NCBI RefSeq assembly: GCF_041623545.1
Contig: NZ_JBFJWS010000002.1
Location: 26,262 to 90,261 of the forward strand
Direction of reading: 5' to 3'
Source of the DNA: Zhongshania sp.
GTDB lineage: Bacteria; Pseudomonadota; Gammaproteobacteria; Pseudomonadales; Spongiibacteraceae
Length of the DNA: 64,000 nucleotides
Positions 8,453-17,522 of the stretch are shown in pieces; positions within the stretch are counted from its first letter, which is position 1, and each line of letters begins with the position of its first letter. Both the position numbers and the translations under genes were made by a program. A model generated the notes under the pieces. It was given only the letters and a program-made list of their open reading frames with translations. It was not told the DNA's origin and made no database searches.

Positions 8453-9667
8453 TCACTGCGCGGCAGCTGATTCTAGCGTTTTAGCTCGCTGCGAAAACGT
8501 CGGAATCGGTGTGAGATCTGGGCGAACAATAAAAGCCGGAACCGCTTCAATACGAAACGCGGTGGACAATGTACTGCATTTACCCGTCACCGGATCGCGA
8601 TCGCCATCAGCGTAGGTGTGCACCGCGTAATACATCGCGTGACAGTCTAAGCCGGTGAATAACTCGCCCTCGGCGTCAGCGCTTGACGGCGCAATATACT
8701 GATTCTGGGATATATAGCCGCCAAGAAAGCCCGTAGCAGTTCCATCTTCAAGCAATTTAAGCTCTAAGCGCGGCCGCTCGATTTTAAACGCGGGCCGACG
8801 GTTAGTCATAATATCGGGAACAAACAAGTCGGCGATGACGTCAGTTTCCAAAACCCCATTAACAATCCGCCCTGCAAATTGCCGATGTAAATGCGGGTCT
8901 ATTTTGGGCGACAGACTCGCGCCGGCCATCACTTCACCACTGGGATTTTTCACCATGTTTTCGTTGCCAGCGTAAATATCAACACGGACACTTGAATCAT
9001 TTTTGACGTTATCCACGTCGCTAATTTCAATTAGCATCGACCACATACCATTGCGCATTGCCTGGGTAAAATAAGGTACCAGCGTCCCTTTCTCCCGCAA
9101 GCCGTTCACACAAGCCAGCACCCGGCCAAGTTGATTGTCGATGCCCTTCCGGCCTTGGGAGTCGGTGTACTGCTTATGTGGGCACGTGTAATCGGTGATT
9201 GCGGAATCCTTGGTTTTGCCATCGAGATCAAGGCCGTCATTTCGATCCCCCGCCAGTGTATACATTTGCGGGTCTGGCGCTGAAAGCGGCTCGGCACAAA
9301 CGTTCTCGCCATTGGGGCCGCGCTCTATCATTCTGCGGAATAACTCTTTGCGATTTTCTGCTTGCAGTAAACGCTGTTGCTCAGCGGGCGGCTTGGTCGC
9401 CAAGAACTCCTTGGTCGAGGTGATCGGCCAAACACCCTTAGGACACGCGGTTTCACCTTGCTCCATGGCATAGTAAAAATAGGTAACGACGAAGCCGAGT
9501 TTCTTGCCTTCGGCCGCGGTCCTTTTAAGGCCCGCAGCGGCTACATCTGTACTCGCCGCCGTCGCAAATATAGCTGTGCTTGCCACGGTAGTCAGGGACG
9601 CTACCAACAAAAACTTACGCACCGAAAGAAGTAAAAAATCGCTCATTGCGACTATTATCGTTTTCAT
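8453..9667 (-). CDS. Secreted protein of unknown function (orphan, six Cys)
   Basis: 404 aa with an N-terminal hydrophobic signal (LLVASLTTVASTAIFATAAS). I recognise no motif. The ATG at 9667 overlaps the upstream stop as ATGA. Coding is supported by length, composition and operon context. Confidence 0.6.
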   Translation of the reverse strand: MKTIIVAMSDFLLLSVRKFLLVASLTTVASTAIFATAASTDVAAAGLKRTAAEGKKLGFVVTYFYYAMEQGETACPKGVWPITSTKEFLATKPPAEQQRLLQAENRKELFRRMIERGPNGENVCAEPLSAPDPQMYTLAGDRNDGLDLDGKTKDSAITDYTCPHKQYTDSQGRKGIDNQLGRVLACVNGLREKGTLVPYFTQAMRNGMWSMLIEISDVDNVKNDSSVRVDIYAGNENMVKNPSGEVMAGASLSPKIDPHLHRQFAGRIVNGVLETDVIADLFVPDIMTNRRPAFKIERPRLELKLLEDGTATGFLGGYISQNQYIAPSSADAEGELFTGLDCHAMYYAVHTYADGDRDPVTGKCSTLSTAFRIEAVPAFIVRPDLTPIPTFSQRAKTLESAAAQ

Positions 9668-10446
9668 TGTTCGATCACCTTGCTAGCGCCACTATTACCA
9701 ACGGTCAAACTTCCAATGGCGGCTGCGGGCGAGCTTTCAACCCGCACGATCTGCCAGACGCCTCCGGCATTGGCGCCACGCATATCCTGTGCCCCAGTAT
9801 CACCGCTATAAGTGTAAACAAGCCGTCCGCTATAGGCCCACTGGCGGATGCCATCGGGTCGGTCTACCGGTGTCCAGTCACCTAGCTTGGTCGCCAGCGC
9901 CGCTGCACGTACCGGCGGCCATACTTCGAGACATTCGGCATTACAGGCCGGCATCTCACCATCTTCCGCAAAGGTATACAGGGTCTGGCCACGGTAGTCC
10001 GTCAGTACAAAACCAACACTTCGGCGCTTAACCGCAACCGCAGGCGGCGCAGTCAATTTTGGCGCAATGCCCTCGTACACCAGGGCGTGCCAAACCCCGC
10101 CACTGCCTCCGCCATTAGCAACCCCAGGGCTTGAATCCCCCGTAAAATGGTAAACTGGGCGGCCCTTATAACTCCATTGCCAGCGCAAATCGCGGCGCAG
10201 TACCGGTTTCCAGTCACCAACCGCAACATCATCTGCTGCCGCCGCCAATGGCGGCCATACGTCCAAGCAAGTATCGACACAATCATCGCCACCCATATTG
10301 CCTAAATCACCGTCGTAGACGTAGAGCGTGCGCCCGCTATCTCCGGCGACAAACTGTTCCGGCTGTTCACCCTGCACCGTAATAAACTGCGGCCATAATC
10401 CGGCGCTAACCAAAACGGCTGTTGCTACTGCTATTGAAATTCCCAT
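9664..10446 (-). CDS. Secreted repeat protein, COG4315 / Yx(FWY)xxD-motif family
   Basis: Two internal repeats: GRTLYVYDGD...CVDTCLDVWPPL...GDWKPV...WQWSYKGRPVYHFTGD and GQTLYTFAEDG...CNAECLEVWPPV...GDWTPV...RQWAYSGRLVYTYSGD. N-terminal signal sequence. Confidence 0.75.
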   Translation of the reverse strand: MGISIAVATAVLVSAGLWPQFITVQGEQPEQFVAGDSGRTLYVYDGDLGNMGGDDCVDTCLDVWPPLAAAADDVAVGDWKPVLRRDLRWQWSYKGRPVYHFTGDSSPGVANGGGSGGVWHALVYEGIAPKLTAPPAVAVKRRSVGFVLTDYRGQTLYTFAEDGEMPACNAECLEVWPPVRAAALATKLGDWTPVDRPDGIRQWAYSGRLVYTYSGDTGAQDMRGANAGGVWQIVRVESSPAAAIGSLTVGNSGASKVIEQ

Positions 10447-10456
10447 ATAAACGCCC

Positions 10457-11800
10457 TTAAGCCAAAACGTCGCTAATAGACTGACTCACTTCTAGGGAGC
10501 CCTTGCCGAACGAGCCCGCGCGTACATTCATTGCGTGCATAGCGGTAAGTGCCGTTTTGGTTACCGGAGCGCCCTCCTCACGGATGTGCAGCCCGGTCTT
10601 GAATCGACCACCCGCACGCCCCGCGATAATCACCGGCAACTCATCGAGGGAATGCATTTTTGCAAAGGAAGTATCTGAGTGTGCGTAGACCAAGGTATTG
10701 TCGAGTAAAGTACTATCGCCCTCCTTGGCCGCCGCAAGCTGCTTCATCAAATAAGCAAAACCCTCCAGACTTTTTTGCGCGAACCACGTCGACTCGGGTT
10801 GATAACCGAGATTGGCATCCACCGCCTCTTGGTGGGTCAATATATGATGGGTATCGGCTGAACCGGGCTTTCGCAGCGTAGAAGCAGAGGGCGAAAACAC
10901 CATATTAAAGACTTTAGTCTGGTGGCAAAGCAGCGCCATCACGGTAAGGTCGACCATTAACTTATGACTTTCGGTGACCACTTCGATGTCGGTACTGGGC
11001 CTTGACTCTGCCGGGGCACCGCTCGGTACTGTGCAGGCAAGCGCTGGCGCCGGTTCCTTCAACTGCAGCGCGAGCTGATTTTCCATCTCCCTCACCGAGG
11101 TAAAATAAGCATCTAGCTTTTGGCGATCTGCGGCGCCAACTTGGCGCATTAGTGCAGCGCGCTCGTCGCCAAACGCTGACAACACACTGTGCCTAAGTAT
11201 GATATCTGGGCCGGGCTCAAATGTTGCCGAGTTTGGATCGCGAAACCCAGGACCGAACAACCGCGTATAAAGGCTCAAAGGCGTGAGTTCAGGTACCGCA
11301 ACGGCGCCCGCACCCGCCGAACTATAGCTATCGGTGTGGCCGCCGGTAGCTGCCATATCGAGACTGCGAAACCGAACACCACCGCCCACCGCGCGGGCGA
11401 TTAAGGCGTCAAAAGACGGGTCTGGCAGATCTTCTTTATTGGTCGGCGCGTAGCCGGTGCGTAACGACCATACGGCTGAGATATGCGGCTCATTTGCCCG
11501 GCCATCAAGCGGTGCCGTGTAACCAGAAAACAGTGAGAAGTGTTGTCGATAAGCGGCCAGCACCTCTAGTTCCGGCGTCATTTCCCAGTTTGCGCCGGTC
11601 GATTCCGGCACCCAGCGATCGGGATTCATACCGCACCCCCAGTGCCAAGTACCAAACCGCACTGGAATTTCCAAACCGGTATCGGCAAAGGCTTTGCCAT
11701 TATCGTTTAGCAATATATCCAATAACGGCATACTCAAGCTAACCGCTGCGCCCTTAAACGTCGAACGAAGTAGACGACGCCGAGTAATATCACGAGTCAT
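10457..11800 (-). CDS. DUF1552-family protein with Tat signal
   Basis: 447 aa. Twin-arginine leader MTRDITRRRLLRSTFKGAAV. Contains HHILTHQ, which resembles the HxxSHH signature of this family. Start overlaps the DUF1592 stop as ATGA (11797-11800). The DUF1552 plus DUF1592 pairing is typical. Confidence 0.75.
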   Translation of the reverse strand: MTRDITRRRLLRSTFKGAAVSLSMPLLDILLNDNGKAFADTGLEIPVRFGTWHWGCGMNPDRWVPESTGANWEMTPELEVLAAYRQHFSLFSGYTAPLDGRANEPHISAVWSLRTGYAPTNKEDLPDPSFDALIARAVGGGVRFRSLDMAATGGHTDSYSSAGAGAVAVPELTPLSLYTRLFGPGFRDPNSATFEPGPDIILRHSVLSAFGDERAALMRQVGAADRQKLDAYFTSVREMENQLALQLKEPAPALACTVPSGAPAESRPSTDIEVVTESHKLMVDLTVMALLCHQTKVFNMVFSPSASTLRKPGSADTHHILTHQEAVDANLGYQPESTWFAQKSLEGFAYLMKQLAAAKEGDSTLLDNTLVYAHSDTSFAKMHSLDELPVIIAGRAGGRFKTGLHIREEGAPVTKTALTAMHAMNVRAGSFGKGSLEVSQSISDVLA

Positions 11801-13476
11801 GACTTGTCCCCTTGTTGTATAGCCACTTGATCAGCACTGATCTCTACCGGTGGCGGCGAATAAAATTCGCGGCTAAGTGCGATCGTGCGAAGGAGCTTAG
11901 TTAAATTAAAGCCGCGCTCTGCATACTGCTCGTAAATGGCGTCAATTCGCTCGGAATCCTGTTGCTCAGGCGCGCGACCGGCACCGTAACTGTATAGGCG
12001 ATTGATAAGACATGACGCAGCGGCGCCATCTTTGGCAAGTGTTGCACCAAGACCCGCGGCACCAATAAAGCTTTGATTGTGCAAACTACCGCTTAAATCA
12101 ATTTCCGCACCGTTCTCGGTCATTCGCATCCCGGCAGCGCCGTCGAAACTTTCCAAGGGCAGACCGAGGGGATCCATTAGCTTGTGGCAGGCCACACACA
12201 TTGGCTCGGTATTATGCGCAGTCAGCCGCTGGCGCGCTGTGGCGAAATTCGGATCAGAGACATTTTGTACCAAGGCGAAATCAACATTTGGTGGCGGTGC
12301 CGGAACCGATTGACACAGAATCAGCTCGCGCAAAGCCTTGCCCCGTAAAGTCGGTGAACTACGGCCGGGATGAGAATGCGCCATTAGGAACGCTGGTTGC
12401 GCTAAAATTCCCGCACGGGGATCGCCGGCCGCTAACTCACGCGCTTCCCAGCCACTGGGCGAGGTTACCGGTTCGCTATAGAGAAAACCGAGGGCGCGCG
12501 AGAAAAAAGTGTGCCTCGTCGTAAACACAGCGCGGTAATCTTGATCGCGACGCAATAAGGTGTCTACGATCGTGCGCAGTGTCTGCTCGCGCGCGTCACT
12601 AGCCAGCTTGGCGCTATACCGTGGGTAAATAGTGGGATCTTTTTGCAGTGCTAGTAAATCGTCCAAAGCCAGCATATCGTTGAAAAATGCCCGCACGCCT
12701 TTCTCATAACGCGGTGACGCCAATAAGCGATCTATCTCACGATGCAAGCCATTATCTGTGCGTAAACTGCCATTCTCAGCGGCGCTGAGTAATGCCTCAT
12801 CCGGCGGCGCATTCCAAATTAGAAAACTAATACGCGAAGCCGTCGAGTAATCATCAAGTCGGTAGCCATCGCCCTGCCAGGTCGCACGCTCAACTCGGAA
12901 TAAAAAGGGCGCGGTTTCCAACATCGCGCTAAGCGACAAAGAGAGTCCCCAGTAAAAATCTTTACCGACTTTAGCACCCTTGCGCGCAATGCCAACAAAG
13001 CGTTCTAACTCAGCCTCATTCAAGGCGCGACGATACAGAAAGCGACCCGCACGGGAAAAAAAAGTACGCGCGCAACGATCATCCGCTGCTTGGGTATTTA
13101 CAGGTTTACAGCCGATTAGCAGTTCGCGATGTGCAAGGTCCGTTACCTGTTCAGCAATCTGGCGCGCTGCAGCATCATATTGTTCGAACCCTGAGGCGCT
13201 AACTGAGGCTTGCGCTGTGCCAATCGCGATTAACCCTTCTCTGCGGGGATCTGGCTCTAAGCGCGCGGAGATTTCGATATCGTCACCAAAAATATCGGCG
13301 ATGGTTTGACGATATTGTTCTTGCGTCAGGCGCCTTAAGGAAACGATATCATCATGACCAGTACTTGCCATCGCCGCTTGGTTGCCAAGAAAAACTACAA
13401 CAACTAACAGCAAATAGGCAAACCAAGCTCGCGGTGTAGTGGCGCTTTTGCACTCAAGTATTTTGAACGTAGCCAT
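11797..13476 (-). CDS. DUF1592/DUF1588/DUF1595-type protein with a CxxCH motif
   Basis: 559 aa with a signal anchor. The heme-type motif CVACHKLMDPLGLPLESFD is characteristic of the DUF1588 region. Usual upstream partner of DUF1552. Confidence 0.75.
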   Translation of the reverse strand: MATFKILECKSATTPRAWFAYLLLVVVVFLGNQAAMASTGHDDIVSLRRLTQEQYRQTIADIFGDDIEISARLEPDPRREGLIAIGTAQASVSASGFEQYDAAARQIAEQVTDLAHRELLIGCKPVNTQAADDRCARTFFSRAGRFLYRRALNEAELERFVGIARKGAKVGKDFYWGLSLSLSAMLETAPFLFRVERATWQGDGYRLDDYSTASRISFLIWNAPPDEALLSAAENGSLRTDNGLHREIDRLLASPRYEKGVRAFFNDMLALDDLLALQKDPTIYPRYSAKLASDAREQTLRTIVDTLLRRDQDYRAVFTTRHTFFSRALGFLYSEPVTSPSGWEARELAAGDPRAGILAQPAFLMAHSHPGRSSPTLRGKALRELILCQSVPAPPPNVDFALVQNVSDPNFATARQRLTAHNTEPMCVACHKLMDPLGLPLESFDGAAGMRMTENGAEIDLSGSLHNQSFIGAAGLGATLAKDGAAASCLINRLYSYGAGRAPEQQDSERIDAIYEQYAERGFNLTKLLRTIALSREFYSPPPVEISADQVAIQQGDKS

Positions 13477-13583
13477 TCGGACCTCCTCACCAGCGCCAAG
13501 CCCCTATAGAGGCCGCGACTGTTATTTTTATTGATGCAGAGTATGATTCCAGTATTCGCAAGTCCAATGCTAAATTTACCCAT

Positions 13584-13598
13584 ATCTATGTCATAGAT
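13584..13598. promoter_or_regulatory. LysR-type (LTTR) box, ATC-N9-GAT / T-N11-A palindrome
   Basis: ATCTATG-T-CATAGAT, with perfect 7-bp arms. Lies in the 183-nt divergent intergenic region between the DUF1592 operon (start 13476) and the LysR gene (start 13660). Confidence 0.55.
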
Positions 13599-13659
13599 GT
13601 ATAGATGGAAAATAAAGCGACATATCGAAGCCAAATACCATTCAGAATGGAATACCGCC

Positions 13660-14544
13660 ATGATCGAAATCACATTACTAGAGCATTTTATCGCCGTCGC
13701 TAACGCCAGTAGCTTTACCCGCGCGGCAGTGCAACTGCATATTAGTCAGCCGGTACTCAGTAGGTCGATAAAACGCCTTGAAGAAAAAGTAGGCACGGCG
13801 CTGCTAGAGCGGACGAGTCGCAAGGTAGCCTTGACCGCCGCCGGGGAGGCCTTTCTTTCCGAAGCTTATTTTATTATTGAACGTTTAAAAATTGCCGCCA
13901 ACGACGCGCGCCGCATAGGCAATGGCTTCACCGAAAAATTACGCATACGGGTTTGCCCATCAGTCAACTGGCACGCACAAGAGATTAGCCACGCGATTCG
14001 TCGGTTCCAAGGCAAGTGGCCTGACGTTCAGGTAGAAATAAGTCCGTTAATGAGTGTCAATCAAGCGGCCGCACTGCTCGCAGCGGATATTGATATTGGT
14101 TTTATTAACTTAGAAGAGGTTGACTGCACTGACCTAGAACACAAACACATTACCTCAGTGGTACCATGCGTGGCTGTTCCAAGCAGTTGGAAACTGCCAA
14201 AATCGGGTGTGACCCTATTCGAATTACGCGACCGGCCTTGGATGATTCCAGATCCAAAACTCGCCCCATCCGCGTATGACAAATTTTCTAAGGTCTGCCG
14301 CTCTACTGGCTTTGAGCCTCAAATTGCGGTTTTTGCCGAGGATGGTGCCACCGGTGCAATCCAAGTCGCCTGCGGCCTTGGCGCTGCGTTTGTGGAGCAG
14401 CCAGTGAATAATCCAACTGTTTTCGAGGGCATGGAGTTCATTCCCTTAAAAGACCTGCCCGATTCATTAATTGTGCATTACGCAATTGCGTGGTCGGCTA
14501 CCGCACCGTCCTCTCAAATTGGCAACTTCCTATCAGTCTATTGA
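13660..14544 (+). CDS. LysR-family transcriptional regulator
   Basis: Start taken at the internal ATG 13660 (MIEITLLEHFIAVANASSFTRAAVQLHISQPVLSRSIKRLEEKVGTALLERTSR, the LTTR wHTH). A C-terminal substrate-binding domain follows. Confidence 0.88.
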   Translation: MIEITLLEHFIAVANASSFTRAAVQLHISQPVLSRSIKRLEEKVGTALLERTSRKVALTAAGEAFLSEAYFIIERLKIAANDARRIGNGFTEKLRIRVCPSVNWHAQEISHAIRRFQGKWPDVQVEISPLMSVNQAAALLAADIDIGFINLEEVDCTDLEHKHITSVVPCVAVPSSWKLPKSGVTLFELRDRPWMIPDPKLAPSAYDKFSKVCRSTGFEPQIAVFAEDGATGAIQVACGLGAAFVEQPVNNPTVFEGMEFIPLKDLPDSLIVHYAIAWSATAPSSQIGNFLSVY

Positions 14545-14697
14545 CCAAGTTGGCAAAGCGACGGTTTGGCTGCTAAAAGTCATACTGGCAACGAGCAATT
14601 AACAACTTAATTTGCTTCCTCGTAGTATGGCCTCGACCAGTCAAAGACCCCGATTTTAATTCATCAGGGCTCTGCAGCGTTTATGGATCCGAACGAG

Positions 14698-16221
14698 TTA
14701 AGCAAGCAAAGCCTTAAACGTTTCGCGAAGCACATTCTTTTGTACTTTACCCATGGTATTTCTTGGCAACTCATCAAGGAATACGGCTTTTTTAGGCACT
14801 TTAAAGTTGGCCACCGACGTTTTCATTGCGCTAATAATAGCCTCTTCGCTTAACTCAGTTGCGCCATCCGCTACAATAACCGCCACGATGGCTTCGCCAA
14901 AATCTTTGTGGGGCACACCGATCACCGCAGATTCTTTAACCCCTGGCAAATCATCAATGATCAATTCAAGTTCTTTGGGGTAAACATTTAAACCGCCAGT
15001 AATAATTAGGTCTTTGGCCCGGCCGACAATGGATACATAGCCGTCTTCAGAAATAACGCCTTTATCGCCGGTATTAAAAAAACCGTCGGCGGTGAAATCT
15101 TCAGCTGTTTTCTCTGGCATTTTCCAATACCCCTTGAAGACATTGGCGCCTTTCACTTGTAAATCACCGATTTCGCCAGGCGCTAATACCTCGCCACTTT
15201 CGCCGACGACACGAACGTCAACACCTGGCAGAGCAAAGCCTACTGTCCCCGCTTTTCTTAGACCTGATAAGGGATTAGAAGTATTCATATTGGTTTCGGT
15301 CATACCATAGCGTTCTAAAATACGGTGGCCGGTGCGCTGCTCAAATTCATTAAATGTTTCCGCCAATAGCGGCGCCGAACCAGAAACAAACAAGCGAATA
15401 TTTTTCACTACGGCTTTATCGAATTTATTTGAATCAAGCAAACGTGTGTAGAACGTGGGGACGCCCATCATTACCGTACACTTAGGGAGTAGTTCAATCA
15501 CCGCATCAGTGTTAAACCCTGGTAGCCAGCGCATACTGGCGCCACTGAGCAATACGCAACCCAAAGCAACGAACAAACCATGCACATGGAAGATCGGTAA
15601 AGCGTGCAATAAAACATCATCTTCATTAAATGCCCAGGCCTCATTTAAGGACTGAGCATTGGTTAACAAATTATTATGCGTCAACATTATGCCTTTAGGC
15701 ACACCGGTGGTGCCCGAGGAATACAGCAGCGCTGCCAAATCATCCTTGTCGCGATGAACTACGGCAAATTCTTCGCCACAGCTTCGCGAGTCGGCAATCA
15801 GGCTACCGCTGCCATCGGCGTTCAATGTGAGTAAATTTGCAATGCCATGCTTTTTAAGCAACGGCCCCATTAGCTCAACGCTCTCGCTATCACATACCAC
15901 AACTGCTGGAGCGGCATTGCTTAAGAAATAATCTAACTCGGAGCTTTGATAACCGGTATTCAGTGGATGAAACACAAAGCCGCCACGTAAACAGGCCAAA
16001 TACAGGCTCAGCGCCTCCGGCGACTTATGGACCTGCACCGACACGCGATCACCAATCTGCACGCCGAGATTAGACAGGTAGTTAGCAAGACGAGCTGACT
16101 CTTTATCAATATCGGCGTAGCTATACTTTATGTTAGCCCCCGTCACCAATAAGGGTTTGGCAGCGTGCGACTTAAATTGTTTTTGAAAGTGGAAGAATAG
16201 ATTGAAGTTTGAATCTGTCAT
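14698..16221 (-). CDS. matB: Malonyl-CoA synthetase (AMP-forming)
   Basis: 507 aa. AMP-binding motif LLYSSGTTGVPKGIMLTH. The N-terminal block RVSVQVHKSPEALSLYLACLRGGFVFHPLNTGYQSSELDYFLSNAAP closely resembles my recollection of rhizobial MatB (VAVQVEKS.EAL.LYLACLR.G.V.LPLNTAYT..ELDYF). Directly downstream of madLM. Confidence 0.8.
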   Translation of the reverse strand: MTDSNFNLFFHFQKQFKSHAAKPLLVTGANIKYSYADIDKESARLANYLSNLGVQIGDRVSVQVHKSPEALSLYLACLRGGFVFHPLNTGYQSSELDYFLSNAAPAVVVCDSESVELMGPLLKKHGIANLLTLNADGSGSLIADSRSCGEEFAVVHRDKDDLAALLYSSGTTGVPKGIMLTHNNLLTNAQSLNEAWAFNEDDVLLHALPIFHVHGLFVALGCVLLSGASMRWLPGFNTDAVIELLPKCTVMMGVPTFYTRLLDSNKFDKAVVKNIRLFVSGSAPLLAETFNEFEQRTGHRILERYGMTETNMNTSNPLSGLRKAGTVGFALPGVDVRVVGESGEVLAPGEIGDLQVKGANVFKGYWKMPEKTAEDFTADGFFNTGDKGVISEDGYVSIVGRAKDLIITGGLNVYPKELELIIDDLPGVKESAVIGVPHKDFGEAIVAVIVADGATELSEEAIISAMKTSVANFKVPKKAVFLDELPRNTMGKVQKNVLRETFKALLA

Positions 16222-16295
16222 TGTAAATTCTCTACTAATTCTTTGAATGTGAAACTATTTCATAAGCGCTGCTTTTAAGAAGCACGGTTCCGGCG

Positions 16296-17063
16296 TCAAT
16301 CTGGAAACAGCACCCTAACAATCAGGAATAGAACCGAGGGCGCTAACAAACAACCTACCCCAGTATAGAATGTAGCCGTCATAGCTCCGTAGGGAACCAA
16401 CTTCGGATCAGTAGCAGCAAGCCCACCCGCAACACCACTGGTGGTACCCATTAAACCGCCATAAACCATCGCTGATTGAGGGTTGTTTAAACCAATACTT
16501 GAAGCGACAAAGGGTGTTCCCACCATCACCAATACCGATTTCACTAAGCCAGCTGCGACGCTGAGCGCGATAACCTCTGAACTTGCGCCCAAGGCCGTGC
16601 CAGTCACAGGCCCAACAATATAGGTAGCGGCACCCGCGCCGATAGTGCTAATGGATACTGCGTCAGTATAACCAAAGCCAACGGCGACCACGGCGCCAAC
16701 GACAAATGATAAAACTACGCCGAGGATAATCGAAACCACACCGGCTAGGCCTGCATGTTTTATCTCGTCGATATCAGCGCCGTAGGCTGTCGCCACAATA
16801 GCGAAATCGCGGAACATGGCACCACCCAAAACCGCAACACCGGCGAACAGCGGGAAGTCGGCAATGCCTTTACTGCCATCTGTTATTAGACCGCTAAAAT
16901 AGGCAATGACAAGCCCTAAGGTAATTGCTATAGCCGAGCCATGAAGATGGCCACGGGTAAACTTATTAGAAAACCAATAAGAAAACCAAACAAGCACACC
17001 AACAAATAAAAATGCCGTGAGAATGCCATTTTTTATTAATACCGCCTCAAGAGAATCTATCAT
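16296..17063 (-). CDS. madM: Malonate transporter subunit MadM
   Basis: 255 aa, polytopic membrane protein. Size, N-terminus (MIDSLEAVLIKNGILTAF...) and the 1-nt overlap with a 127-aa membrane partner (TAATG at 17061-17065) match the MadL/MadM two-component malonate carrier. Confidence 0.75.
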   Translation of the reverse strand: MIDSLEAVLIKNGILTAFLFVGVLVWFSYWFSNKFTRGHLHGSAIAITLGLVIAYFSGLITDGSKGIADFPLFAGVAVLGGAMFRDFAIVATAYGADIDEIKHAGLAGVVSIILGVVLSFVVGAVVAVGFGYTDAVSISTIGAGAATYIVGPVTGTALGASSEVIALSVAAGLVKSVLVMVGTPFVASSIGLNNPQSAMVYGGLMGTTSGVAGGLAATDPKLVPYGAMTATFYTGVGCLLAPSVLFLIVRVLFPD

Positions 17064-17446
17064 TATGATTTATCTCCCGTGAGGGGTTTCTTGCCATTAC
17101 CGATTTTTGATAATACCGGCACCATCAAAAAACCAACAACAACCGCTAGCACACCAGCTACCACCGCCATCCAGCCACTCGATAACGCTACCACCATATT
17201 TTGCTTGGCCGCCATTGCCACAATAATCGGAATATACATGGCGCTCCAAAACTTGATCCCAGACTCTGACATCGGCGATAAATGGAACTTTTTACTGGAT
17301 ATATTTGACATGATAATAAGAAACATCATGGCAATACCAACCCCGCCAACGTTCGCCTGAACACCGATAGCGATACCTAGCATATCACCTAGATAGCCAC
17401 CCAAAAGTGTACAGAACGCAAGTAAAGCAACACCGTATACAATCAT
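17063..17446 (-). CDS. madL: Malonate transporter subunit MadL
   Basis: 127 aa with four predicted TM helices (MIVYGVALLAFCTLLGGYLGDMLG...). Paired with madM and followed by matB. Confidence 0.72.
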   Translation of the reverse strand: MIVYGVALLAFCTLLGGYLGDMLGIAIGVQANVGGVGIAMMFLIIMSNISSKKFHLSPMSESGIKFWSAMYIPIIVAMAAKQNMVVALSSGWMAVVAGVLAVVVGFLMVPVLSKIGNGKKPLTGDKS

Positions 17447-17522
17447 TTCTTATTAACCTTTATTATTAATATCAAGTGTATTTGAGGGTTGGTAAACTGA
17501 AGATATCAACATAAACTATAAT

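Noticed and set aside
13660-14544. LysR gene as the malonate (MdcR-like) regulator of the adjacent matB-madLM genes
   Set aside because: It is convergent with matB and about 3 kb from the madL promoter. The perfect LTTR box lies in its divergent region with the redox operon. It is kept only as a minor alternative.
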